NCBI RefSeq assembly: GCF_018350175.1
Contig: NC_058382.1
Location: forward strand, 14,136,001-14,200,000
DNA: 64,000 nt
Source: Felis catus
Taxonomy: Eukaryota
Reading direction: 5' to 3'
The notes under the pieces are model-generated. The model saw only the letters and a list, made by a program, of their open reading frames with translations, did no database searches and was not told where the DNA came from. Numbering within the stretch: position 1 is the stretch's first letter; every line of letters begins with the position of its first letter. The position numbers and the translations under genes are program-made. Shown one piece after another: positions 23,201 through 34,960 of this stretch.

Positions 23201-24866
23201 GGGGCTTCGAGACTGAAATCGAGATCCCGGACTGAAGGCGAAGTTGTTGGGGCAAGATCTTCAAGTGGAGGGAGTTTGAAGCTGGGACATGGGGTGTTTG
23301 GAGAAGCGAGAGGACCGAGGAAGGAACTTTTGGGGCAGGAAATCTGGAGATTAGGACAATTCGAGTCTCCCGGACGGGTTGAATTCGGGGCTCTAGTGTT
23401 CTGGAAAAGGGGTGAGGGGTTGGAGCTGGGATCCTGAGCATTTGGAAAAACGGAGATAACTACGGGCAAGGAATCTTGGTAAGGGAGACGCAGTGGCGGT
23501 GAGGAGGTGCTGGTGAGAGTCCCATATTCAGGTCTTGGAGTCAGAGGGAGAGTTTGGAGGTGAAGTCGAAAGGCATTTGAAAGACGGGAGAAAAGGGGAA
23601 AGTTGACGGGTGAAGGTATCAGAATTAGTCTCCCAAACGGAATAAATCAGAGAGCATTTGTAGTTTTTGAGCGATGTGTTGGAGCCTGGGTTTCTGGACC
23701 CGAGAGCAGTTTGGGGAAAGAATCTAGGACCTCCTTGAGGTGCGAAACCCGAGAGAAAGCAGTTTTAGGGCCGGAGTCTGGGGTGGGGGAGGGGCGTTCC
23801 GGGCTTGGAGCTCAGACCCGCAGCCCTAGAGGCAGCAGAGGGCGGGGCTCGGCAGGCGCCGGGCAGCTGGACGTCCGGGTTCCCTTCCCCCACCCGCCCC
23901 GGGCGCTTGTGCGCATGCCTTAAGGGAGGGCGGGGGAGGTTCGTCCCAAAGGCGTGCGGCACCCTCTGGGTATTGTAGTGCAAGCTCAACGTTACCGCAC
24001 GTGCCAGGCGGCTATTGGCCCACATTTCCCAGAAGCCCCTGGGCCAAATTGTTGCCTGCCTGGACGTTGAATAGAGATCCAGGGAGGAGGCGGAGTCGGG
24101 CGTTGAGTCAAGTTTTAGCAAGTTTCTTGTGGGGCGCGCTTTGGGGGAAGTCGAAGGCGCGGGCTAAGAGAATGAGGGAGGCTCCTTCCCTGCTCTTGGG
24201 AGAGCTCCCAGTCGGTTAGGAAGAGGGCAGGGTCAGAAATATACTCCCTGTAAAAGAAGAGTTTCGACAAATAGGTGTCCTAACAGGGCTTCGGTGGCTC
24301 CAGTACAACAGGCAACAATAGATAAATATTGAATGAATAAATGGCAATTAAATTCTTCTTCGTTAAGCGTTAACTGTAGATGGGTACCGTGTATATTACA
24401 CATCGGATCTCCTTGAGAATACGGTGAGAATTTTTGCATTCCTCTTTTTACAGATGGGGAAACAGACCCAGAGAGGTAATGTCACATAACTTACAAAGAT
24501 CAAACAGCTCAGCAGTGTCAAAGGCAGAATTCAGATCCAGGTTTCCCTGCCTCCAGTCCAGGTCTCCGTACTCCACAGCTGTCATACGTGACACTGTTGA
24601 AGAAACGAGTATTGTAGAAAGAACAGTGTTAAGACTCAGGAACTTGATCCTCATCTTACAGCTGAGGTAATTGAGTCTCAAGGAGGCAAATTCACCATTC
24701 AAGGCCACACAGGCAAGTAGGGGGATGCAAAGCCACCTATGTTTCAATCCAGATCTTGTTTTCTTAGTCATTTACATTTAGTCTCCTCCTCAGCCCTGTG
24801 GAATTCATATCATGTCCATTTTATAGATGAGGAAACAGGTTTAGATCATAAAAATGAACAACAACC

Positions 24867-24992
24867 GGGAGGTGCCTGGATGGCTCAGTCGGTTAAGTGT
24901 CTGATTCTAGATCTCCACTCAGGTCTTGATCTCAGGGTCCTGAGTTCAAGTCCCGCATTGGGCTCCACACTGGGCATGGAGCCTACTTAAAA
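24867..24992 (+). mobile_element. Short CAN-SINE variant just upstream of SERTAD3 coding exon
   Basis: tRNA-like head lacking the (CT)n tail. Confidence 0.8.
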
Positions 24993-25073
24993 ACCAAACA
25001 ACCATACAGGAAATTCGGGATCTGCATTATCCCTGCGGTGTCTGACTTGCCCCTCTTCTCTCTACAGGGCATC

Positions 25074-25670
25074 ATGGTAGGAGGCTTGAAGAGAAAACAC
25101 TCAGATTTGGAGGAGGAAGAGGAGGATGAGAAGTGGGACTGGGGTCCAGCAGGCCTGCGGAGCTACCAGCAAGCCCTGCTTCAAATCTCCTTAGACAAAG
25201 TCCAGCGGAGTCTGGGCCCCCGAGCACCCAGCCTACGCAGGCATGTCCTCATCCACAATACCCTCCAGCAGCTCCAGGCCGCCCTTTGCCTGGCTCCAGC
25301 ACCTGCCCTACCCCCTGAGCCCCTCTTCCCGGGCGAGGAGGACTTCTCCCTGTCCGCCACCATCGGCTCTATTCTCAGGGAACTGGAGACCTCCATGGAC
25401 GACACGGAGTCCCCTCAGAATCCAATAGCTCCCCCGGGCCCCCAGAACGAAGTGCTGCCCCAGCCTGATCCAGTCTTCTTGGAAGCTCTGAGCTCCCGGT
25501 ATCTGGGGGACTCTGGTCTGGATGACTTCTTTCTGGACATTGACACATCTGCAGTAGAGAAGGAGCCTGCACTGGCCCCACCGGAGCCTCCTCACAACCT
25601 CTTCTGTGCCCCAGGGTCCTGGGAGTGTAATGAACTTGATCACATTATGGAAATCATTCTGGGATCCTAA
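25074..25670 (+). CDS. SERTAD3: SERTA domain-containing protein 3 (198 aa, single coding exon)
   Basis: tctacag|GGCATC ATG; MVGGLKRKHSDLEEEE...SERTA motif LLQISLDKVQRSLGPRAPSLRRHVLIHNTL...NELDHIMEIILGS*. Confidence 0.96.
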   Translation: MVGGLKRKHSDLEEEEEDEKWDWGPAGLRSYQQALLQISLDKVQRSLGPRAPSLRRHVLIHNTLQQLQAALCLAPAPALPPEPLFPGEEDFSLSATIGSILRELETSMDDTESPQNPIAPPGPQNEVLPQPDPVFLEALSSRYLGDSGLDDFFLDIDTSAVEKEPALAPPEPPHNLFCAPGSWECNELDHIMEIILGS

Positions 25671-25724
25671 AACTTCCAGGGGCTGTTTCTCATCTCTGCC
25701 TCAGTGGGCAGGATCCCTGGATGC

Positions 25725-25727
<3 letters not shown>

Positions 25728-25775
<48 letters not shown>
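25728..25775 (+). repeat. (TG)24 microsatellite in SERTAD3 3'UTR
   Basis: Pure TG run read directly. Confidence 0.95.
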
Positions 25776-25777
<2 letters not shown>

Positions 25778-26332
25778 GCGGGGGCTCTAAGCAGTGACTG
25801 TGGCCTCCTTTCCTCCCATTTCAGGGTTCCACAAACCGTCTTGCATGTGTGTGTGTGTCTGGTTGCCGCAGCCTTCTGTGAAGGTGGGTCTTCCTGAATT
25901 AATTTATCTGTTCCAAATGCCTTAACGTGACTCTGTTTCTGGGAGTCTGATTTCCCACTTCCCACATTTCTTCTGCCTTTTCCTCCAGTTCCTACTCCCC
26001 TGGTGACCACTGGGGCCTCAGGGAAGATAAAGCTGGGCCTGTGTGTTGATGACTGGGATGTGCTGCCTGGTTGCTATGGGAACTCAGACTTTGTCACTTG
26101 CACCTGGAGGGAGCAGGAGGGGCGGACCTCCTCCCTCAAGGCTGATCCCCACCTCATTGGCAAGACCCCAGTCCCAGCAGTCTCCTGATGCATAACCAGG
26201 CCGGACCACGTGCAATAGGGTGGAAACCAAACCGCTCCATGCCACATTATTTAAAAGAAAGGCGGGTTTTGTGGTGGGTTTTGTTTTGTTTTGTTTTGTT
26301 TTTGATTGTTTGTAATGACTTTTTTTTTTTTT

Positions 26333-26338
26333 AATAAA
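26333..26338 (+). terminator. SERTAD3 polyadenylation signal AATAAA
   Basis: Follows (GTTTT)n and a T-run about 660 nt after the stop. Confidence 0.75.
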
Positions 26339-26914
26339 AGTATTTTGGAAAGGGTGATGTTGCCTGAAGTTTCTAAACTTCAGCGGGTCGATGAGAGGGA
26401 CCTGGTAAGTTCCCTGGACACCTGCACCACCTCCCCACCCCCCCACCAAAGTTGGGGCAGGCATATTATTAAACATAATATTTATAGAGTACTTGTTAAG
26501 AGTACTGTTGTATCCACTTTGTTTGGATTAGGTCATTTAATCTTCATGATAATACAGAATTCTGTTAACAGGTTTTACATAGGAGGAACCTCAAGTTCAG
26601 AGAGGCCAAATCACTTGCCCTAGGTCACACAGCAAGGAAAGCAAGGACCAGGGAGCTAGGACTCAAACTCAGTTTGCCTCCAGGGATTGGTTTTCAACTA
26701 TTGTGTTTGTTGCTCCTCAGTAGACTTAGACTCCCCAGCCACGTGGGTGCACAAAGGAAGGAGAAACTAAGTCCCATGAATTGCCAAACTGTCAAAGGAT
26801 AGGTGACTCTAGCATCTAAAAGTCATTTTTTTCATTGCATGCAATGTGTTGCTGGGACCCAGAGGGGGAAAGAAAATGCCTAAAGATAGTCTGCATTAAG
26901 AGTAGATCTTTCTA

Positions 26915-27346
26915 GGGGTGCCTGGGTGGCTCAGTGGGTTAAGTGTCTGACTCTTGATCTAAGCTCAGGTCATGATCTCACACAGTTGTGAGTTTGAGCT
27001 GTGGGTCAGTTGGTCCCTGCACTGACAGAGGGGAGCCTGCTTGGAGTTCTCTCTCCCTCTCTGCCCCTACCCCACTGGTGTTCTCTCTCAAACGGGGGGG
27101 GGGGGGGGGGAAGCTCTCTCTAGAAAACTTGGCTAGGAAGTAGAGACCAGGTTGAAGTTAAAGTGCTAAGGATTTGGGGCTTTTGGGTGGCTCAGTGGGT
27201 TAGGTGTCCACCTTTGGCTCAGGTCATGATCCCGTGGTTCGTGGGTTTGAGCCCTGCTTCGGGCTCTGTGCTGACAGCTCAGCCTGGAGCCTGCTTTGGC
27301 TTGCGTGTCTCCCCTCTCTGCTTCTCTCTCTCAAAAATAAACATTT
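26915..27346 (+). mobile_element. Two CAN-SINEs (26915-27093 followed by G17; 27175-27346)
   Basis: Heads read directly. Confidence 0.85.
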
Positions 27347-27815
27347 AAAGTGCTAAGGATTTATTTGGGAGGTACAAGCCCAGGCCTGTGAGAGGAGAAA
27401 AGAGAGGGGGGCCAGGAAGATGCAATGCTTAGCACTGGTTAAGCCTCTTGCAAAGACCTTTGAAGACAATGCAGCAGGTGAGTTTATACAGCATTAGGGA
27501 CTCTCCTAGAAGGTTTGCAAAGAGGAACTACACCGGTGGAGTCCACAGGCAGGGAAAGGAGGGGGATTTTGCTTGTGCTTTCTGGCCCAAAGCCAAGGTT
27601 CGCAGCTTAAGAGGGGCTTTGCATGTAAGTCTGAAAGCATTGGGGTAACTGACAGGTGCCAATGGAGAGAGAGAGAAGAAATGGTCATGAGAGCCTCAAG
27701 GCACATGCGTTTCACATCTCGTGGATGCCCACGTCTTACTCCTACTTAAAACTCTCAGTGACTTCTCACACTCAGAATAAAACCCCAACTTCAAGGCCTG
27801 CAATGCAGCAATCTT

Positions 27816-28653
27816 GGGGCACCTGGGTGGCTCATTTGGTTAAGCAGCCAACTCTTGATTTTGGCTCAGGTCACTGATCTCAGGGTTTGTGAGATCGAGC
27901 CCCACATTGGGCTCTGTGATGACAGCAATGAATCCCTACTTGGGATTCATTCTCTCTCCCTTTCTCTCTCTCAAAATAAATGAATAAACATTAAAAAAAA
28001 AAAAAAAGACCTGTCAATCTTGCTCCTAACTTCCCCATTTGAATCTCCCACTCTTCCGCACCACCAGTCACCCTGGTCTCATTTGACTCCACGCTCATAA
28101 CCACCCCAGGGCCTTTGCACTTATTAATGGCCCAGAGGATATGTCCCCTCTAGCTTCACCAACATAAATGTCCCTTTCTCAGAGAGGTCTTCTCTGCCCT
28201 TCCTAGCTCGACGTGTCTCGCGGCACCGAACATTCACCCCACTGTTTGATCTTCTTGCTAGCATCTATCCTATCTCAAGTTATTTATCACCTGTTTATGG
28301 TTAGCCTCCTGGTCTATAAAAACTCTGAGAGGGAGGGGTTTTGGTGGTCTTAGCCCAGCTGTGTGCCCTAGTGTACAAAACTATGCTCAGTACAGGTGTG
28401 CACTCAAAAACAATTTTTTTTGGCTATTAAAAAAAATTTTTTTTAATCTTTATTTATTTTTGAGAGAGAGAGAGAGAGAGACTGAGCATGAGGGGGGAAG
28501 GGGCAGAGAGAGACGGGGAACACAGTATCAGAAGCGGGCTTCAGGCTCTGAGCTGTCAGCACAGAGCCTGCCGTGGAGCTCGAACCCACGCACTGAAAAA
28601 TCATGGCCTGAGCCTAAGTCGGACGCTTAACTGACCGACCCACCCAGGCGCCC
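27816..28653. mobile_element. CAN-SINEs (+ 27816-28008; - 28425-28653) within L2-like remnants
   Basis: Standard bodies. Confidence 0.85.
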
Positions 28654-29559
28654 CTTTGTGGGCTATTGTTGAAAAAATGAACCGACCTTGCAACGGTCAA
28701 CCCTCCCTCTTACCTCTCTGAATTCACCGTCCTCACAGTCTCCCCACTACTGTGCTCCAGCTATACCAATCTCTACAGTTCTTCAAACAAGCCAGCATGT
28801 CCCAACCTTAAGACTGGATTCATACCTGCCTCCCTGAGCGATTGTGCAAACCGGAAAGGGGGGCCTGATGCATGCCAAGGATTCCAATAATCGCTCAAAT
28901 TTATTGTCTACGGGGTGGGCCTGGTGCTCTTCCAGGCATACGAATAAGACAACTCCTGCCCTCATACAGCATGGCAGTTGGGGAAGGCTGCAATACCCAC
29001 ACAAATAACTAAAACGGAGAGTCCGTCGGGTGGTGACAAATGCTATAGAGAAAAAGAAAGCAGAGCGATGGGGGTGTTAACTATTTCAATGGGATGGCCA
29101 GAGAAGGCCTCACCGACAAGGGGACATTTGAGTCAAGACCTGAGGGAGGTGAGAAGTGAGTCATGCCAATCTGAGGGGGAACGGATGTCGGATGGATGTC
29201 GATGCAGACAGAGGTAACAGCTGCAGACAGAGGTAACAGCCGGTGCGAAGGCCCTGAGGTGGGAGCCTGAGTGGAGCGTTTGAGGGACCTGAAGAGGTCA
29301 GTGAGGCTGGAACAGTGTGCAAGAAAAGAGCATCCTAGGAGATGAGCTGAAAGAGACGTACGGTCTTGAGGGACTGAATTTTACCGAGTGAGATGGAAGC
29401 CACGGGAGGCTGTTGAGCAGAAGAGGGATGAGACCTGACTCACCTTTTAACAGGTCCTCCTTGCCCTAAAGATAATCGAGTGAAAAGGAATCAAGTAGCT
29501 TTCTAGTACCACAGTGAGGCCACTATAAGGAGCATCCCCACTTTCCAGATGGACAAACT

Positions 29560-29990
29560 GAGGCTCAGGGAGGCCCGGTATCCCCCGCACCCCGTTAAAG
29601 AGGCTGATGAGAGAAGTAGAAAGGCTGGCCCGCAGAGGGACCGGGTATCTGAAGACAGAGTCCACCTTCCCCAAACTGCGCTCTTCCGGCCCGCGGTGGG
29701 GGGAGGGGGCGCGGTCGCCTCGGGGCGTGGCCGATGGGCCAGGCCCCTCCCACCTGCCCACTACCCATCCCCAGCCGGCCGGGCGGTGGAACACTTCGGA
29801 GGTAGCGGCTGCGGCTGCGGCGGGAGCCGGCCCGGCGCCTGCTCCCTCCCCAGAGGCCGGGTGGGGCGGGGTGGGGCGGCCGGCTGGGGGCGGGGCGCTC
29901 CCCGACCCGCTTCCCCCTCCTCCCGCCGCGGGCGGAGCCTCCTCCCCAGGCCTGCCGGGCGGGCGGCCTGCTTCTGGTTTCATTTGCCGA
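29560..29990. promoter_or_regulatory. Orphan CpG island between SERTAD3 and SERTAD1
   Basis: CpG-dense, three GGGGCGG boxes at 29863-29895, no recognisable coding exon. Confidence 0.65.
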
Positions 29991-31289
29991 GGCCTGACCT
30001 CTCTCCCTCTCCCTTCCCCCCAGCCCTTTGAATTCCTGGCTCCTTCTGCACTCTCTGGTCTCAGCTCCAGGGTCACCTCCTCAGGGAGGCTCTCCTGGGC
30101 CATCCCGCCACAGGCCTCCCTATTATATAGCGTCCTGTTTTGTTTTCCTCAGGGCACTGAACAGGGGCCGAAATTATCTTCCTCATGTATTCATCTTCTA
30201 GGGTCTCAGAATAAAACACAGTGGTCCATAGAGGGCTCTAAACCGCCTGAAAGCTTCTCTGACCTCCCAGGCAACACAGTCCGGCTACCCTGGCCTTGCT
30301 GCCTGGCAAACTCCCTCCTCGGGGCCTTTGCACTGGCCCTTCCCTCTGGCCAGAACACTCTTGTTCCAGAGCTTTAGTACCTCTCTCGTTTCATTGGGTC
30401 TACTCAACGTCACCTCTTCAAGGAACTTCCTACCAGCACCAGCCAGCATCCTATCTACACCACGCACCACGCACCCTTTCACTATTCTCCCCCTGCTCTG
30501 TTTTATTCTTTTCCTTTTCACTTCACCTTCTAAGATACTAAGCAATTTCTTTATTGTATTAAGTGTATTGTCCACCTCCTCATGTCAGGGGTTTTTGTCT
30601 TTATAGTTTTACTGCCGTATCAGTGCGGTATCATCCACAGTACCTGGCACACGGAAGGTGTTCAATCCATGAATGTTTGTGAATCAATGAATGTTTTTGT
30701 TTTCATATTTCTTTTCTTTGTTTACCTCCTCCCCTGAGCCATGAAAAGAGAGACCCTGTGAGGCTTATCCTCACGTATCCTTGCTGGATCCTTATTGACT
30801 GTAACAGTGCCCAGAATATAGTAGGTGTTCAATAAATACGGGTTAATCAAGCTCTTGCGATTTCTGGGAGCTCTCCAGCATTCCATCTGGAGCAAGCCAC
30901 TTGGAGACTCGGAGCCTCCTGTTTCCTTAGGCCATAAAGATAGGTTATGGGAGAAATTATGTGAACTTGCCTAGCAGGGGCCTGCTTCTAATTAGCATTT
31001 TACCCTCCTTTTATTATGAAAAATGGTAAGCATATAGAAAAGATGGGGGGTGGGACGTATTCTCAGTGCCTGTATAGCCTCCCATCTAGATTTAATTGTT
31101 AATATTTTGTTTCCTTTATCTACATATGTATATATGCATATGTATATTTTTTCTTTTGCTGAACCATTGGAAAGTAAATTGTAGATATCTTAACATTCTA
31201 CCTCTAATAGCTCAGCAGGAATTTCTTTTTCTTTTCTTTCTTTTTTCTTTTTTAATAGGAAAGGAGGTTTTGTTTTTTGTTGTTGTTGA

Positions 31290-32175
31290 TTTTTAAGTTT
31301 ATTTATTTTGAGAGAGAGAGAGAGCAAGCACTTGCAAGCAGGGAAGGGGCAGAGAAAGGGAGAGAGAGAGTCCCAAGCAGGCTCCAGGGGGCCACCAGCA
31401 TAGAGCCCCAGTGGGGGCTATGAGATCATGACCTGAGCTGAGATCAAGATTCCGATGCTTAATTGACTGAGCCACCCAGGCACCTCGGTATTTCTTAAGA
31501 TTAAGGACACTCACCTACAAACACAACATTTCACATCTAATAGAATTAAGATTTCCAGGGGCGCCTGGGTGGGTCTGTCGGTTGAGTGTCTGACTCTGAT
31601 TTTGACATGATCTCATGGTGCGTGAGTCCGAGCCCCACATCGGGCTCTGTGCTGACAGTTTGGAGCCTGCTTTGGAGTCTCTCTCTCCCACTCTCTGTCC
31701 CTACCCCACTTGTTCTCCCTCTCTCTGTCAATAAATGAAAAACCTTAAAAAAAAAAAAAAAAAAAGAGCACCTCGGTGGCTCTGTTGGTTAAGCATCCGA
31801 CTTCACCTCAGGAGATCTGGTGAGTTCAAGCCCCACATCAAGCTCTGTGCTGACATCTCTGATCCTGGAGCCTGCTTCAAGTTCTGTTTCTCTCTCTCTC
31901 TGCCCCTCCCTTACTCACACTCTGTCTCAAAAATAAATAAACATTAAACAAAATTAAAAAAAAAAAATAATTCCAGGGACGCCTGGATGGTTCAATCAGT
32001 TAAGGGCCTGACTCTTGATTTCGGCTCTGGTCACGATCTCATGATGGTATGTGAGAACGAGTCCCATGACAATTGGCTCTTCGCTGACAGCAAGGACCCT
32101 GATTGGGATTCTCTCTCTTCCCCTCCCCTGCGTTCTGTCTTAAAAAAAATGTAATAAATAAACATAAAATAAAAA
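31290..32175. mobile_element. Four CAN-SINEs (- 31290-31487; + 31558-31765, 31766-31968, 31976-32175)
   Basis: Heads and tails read; plus-strand trio bracketed by gaattaaga(t/a)ttcca. Confidence 0.88.
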
Positions 32176-33124
32176 GAATTAAGAATTCCACAAGTCATCT
32201 GATATCCAGTCTATATTCAGATTTCCCCGTGAATATCTTTTGTAGCTGTTTCTCCAACACCACCCCCCCCCCGCAGTCAGGATTTAGTGAAGGTTCATAC
32301 GCTTATTTGGTTGTAATAAAGAAATTATACAGTAATTTTCATTCTAGAAAATCCTCCACCATCAACCCCACCAAACCCTTTTTCTGTTTTCTTGAAATTG
32401 AATTGTTGGTGGAACAGCACAGTTGTGCTGCAGATGTTCCACATTCTGTATTTGTCTGATTGTGTTCATGTTTAATTTGTTCCTCTCTGTCTCCTATAAG
32501 CTGAAGGTTAGGTCTAGAGGCTTTGTGAGATTCAGTTTATGAAATTTAACAGGGAGACTCCACAGGGAGTGTGCATACTTCCTAACGCATCATATCGGGT
32601 GGTGCCCAGTGTCGGGGTGTCCCTCTCTTGTGGGTACAGAGTTTCATTACATGGTTAAGGTGGTGAGAACCACATCTCCACATCATAAAAGGATATTTTC
32701 CCCTTGCAGTTAGTAAGTAACCTGTGGGGTGATGTGTTGGAGCCTGTCAAGATCCTGTTAACCTTTCACCCTAAGGTTTGAGCATCCATTGATAATTGAT
32801 GCCTGAATCGAATAGTTTAGTTAGCATTTTCTAGAGCTTACTTTGGCCAGAAGCTTTATTTACAACTAACAATTCTTCCCAGAACTCCAGAAGAGTTAGC
32901 AAATGAGCTACTTGGAGAAGCTAAGTCCCATTGTCAGTTTATCAGACAAGTGTTAAACTCCTGTCTACCCATAGCCCACCCCACGTGTCCCCCTCTCCTT
33001 GAATTAAGTACCTGTGCTATACCAACAGCTAATCTACCAACAAAAGGACATGTCGAGCACCATTCTGAGCATTTCATGCGATTACTCTTTTTTTGATATT
33101 AATTAATGAATTAATGTATGTATT

Positions 33125-33620
33125 GATTTTTAAGTAGGCTCCAAGCCCTACTAAGGGCTCAAACTCATGACCCTGACATCGAGAGTCACATGCTCTACAG
33201 ACTGAGCCACATAGGCACCCCGTCCCCCCCAACCCCGGCCTTTTTTAAAGATTTTGTTTTTAAATAATCTCTACACCCAATGTGGGGCTTGAACCCACAC
33301 TCTCAAGATCAAGAGTTGCATGGTCTTCCAACTGAGTCAACCGGGTGCCCTTATAGGATTATTCTTTTTTAATCCTCAAAATAATCTCATTTTATTTTAT
33401 TTTTTTTAATTTTTTTAACGTTTTTATTTATTTTTGGGACAGAGAGAGACAGAGCATGAACGGGGGAGGGGCAGAGAGAGAGGGAGACACAGAATCGGAA
33501 ACAGGCTCCAGGCTCTGAGCCATCGGCCCAGAGCCTGACGCGGGGCTCGAATTCACTGACCGCGAGATCGTGACCTGGCTGAAGTCCGACGCTTAACCGA
33601 CTGCGCCACCCAGGCGCCCC
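33125..33620 (-). mobile_element. Two short tRNA-like SINEs (33125-33220, 33240-33350) and a young felid CAN-SINE (33388-33620)
   Basis: The young copy closely matches the 6525 and 10016 copies. Confidence 0.88.
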
Positions 33621-34059
33621 CCCCAAAAAAATTTTTTTTAAGGTGAGGAAACTGAGACCCGAGGGGATTCAAACACTCGCCCAAAGTCATAAAGTTACTT
33701 AGGGTATGAAGCCCAGGATATGTGACTCCAGTGGCATCCACTCCTGCCCCCTCCCTCCACGCCTATAACCACCATATAACTGCCCAGCATTTGCTGAGTG
33801 TGCTATAGCGCTCTTACAGATACAAACTTATTTTAATTTTCCTAACTCCCAAGGGGTAGGCAAGAAGATGCCCATTTAACAAACTGTGTGGCTCAGAGAG
33901 GTTAAGCATTTTTCCAAGGTCACACACACATCTAATGAGTGGTTAGAATTTGAACCCATGCCTATCTGGCTTACAGTACAGACCCGTTAGAGTTGGGTGT
34001 GTAAGAAGCTCAGTTTGGGTTTGGCAAGTGCATGGGCAGGTGTGAGGGGCCTGCACTTT

Positions 34060-34960
34060 GAGAGGTTAAAAAAAAACCCTCCCCGCTACTGTCCCGCAGG
34101 GAAAACGGCCACCCCACCTGGCCCGGTCCCTTCACGCAGTAGCCGGGCATGCGCCCTGGAGCCAACCTACCCTCCTTTCGAACCTTCCCTCTATAGGCTC
34201 CGCCCATCACCGTCCAGGCCCAATCCCTGGGTGGAGGGCGGGGCCGCCACGGGAGTGGGTGGTAGTTAAGGAGAGTCAGGAGCCTGGAGTCGTGCGCCGG
34301 AGTCAGAACTGCGTCTCACGACCCAGGCGCCGGTTGCTGAAGGAAAGCGAGCGAGCGATGCTGCCGTCGCCGCTTCCTGATTGGCTGTGCGTTGATCCCT
34401 CTTCGTTCTGATTGGCAGCGGGTGAGCTAGGTATGTAAATGAAGTGAAGGGGCCTGAGGAGAGAAGGGAAACCCTCGGCGGGGTCGTTTGGCCGGTTCGA
34501 TCCCCGGGTCCTGCCGGTACGCGCCGGGGCTGCCCGGGATCGAGATGCGCGGGCCTCTAAGTGTCGCCCGGCCGGGTTGGGTGAATCACGTCGCAGCCCA
34601 GGAAGGGGGCGGAGGCGCCGGCTTCTGGCTCCGGCTGCGTGACTCACCCGCCCCCGCCGCCGCCGCTTCGGAAGGAGCCACCTCCACTGCCTGCCGGAAG
34701 CGAGCGCAGGCAGAGAAGGCGGAATTAGTCCTCCGGGGATCCCAGCCCGCACGGTCCTGGGCGGCAAGCTGGAGCGACAGCCAGGACGTGGGGGCAGTGT
34801 CGAGGATCCCGGGGTCTGAGGAGCCGGAATCCCCGGGGAAAGCCGGCCTGGCGCCGCTAGGGGGCACCGGGACCAGGGGGCGGAGTCGGGTGGGGGCAGA
34901 ATTCCTGCGGTTCTGAACTCCCGGGTCTGCGGGGAAGGAGGCGAGGACCGTTTTTAGTAG
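34060..34960 (+). promoter_or_regulatory. CpG island, SERTAD1 promoter and non-coding exon 1 (probable exon end 34430)
   Basis: Donor CTAG|GTATGT (GT 34431-34432), tandem CTGATTGG at 34380 and 34411, AP-1 TGACTCA at 34640-34646. Confidence 0.75.

Noticed and set aside
22531-23469. 312-aa minus ORF, and similar ORFs at 29607-30377, 38158-38751 and 38499-39074
   Set aside because: GC-rich islands are depleted of stop codons; mostly non-ATG starts; no recognisable motifs.
29203-29240. Perfect 19-bp tandem duplication (also a triple unit at 7648-7700 and a direct repeat at about 9387-9441)
   Set aside because: Ordinary slippage duplications in decayed repeat DNA; too few units and no spacers, so not CRISPR-like or functional on present evidence.
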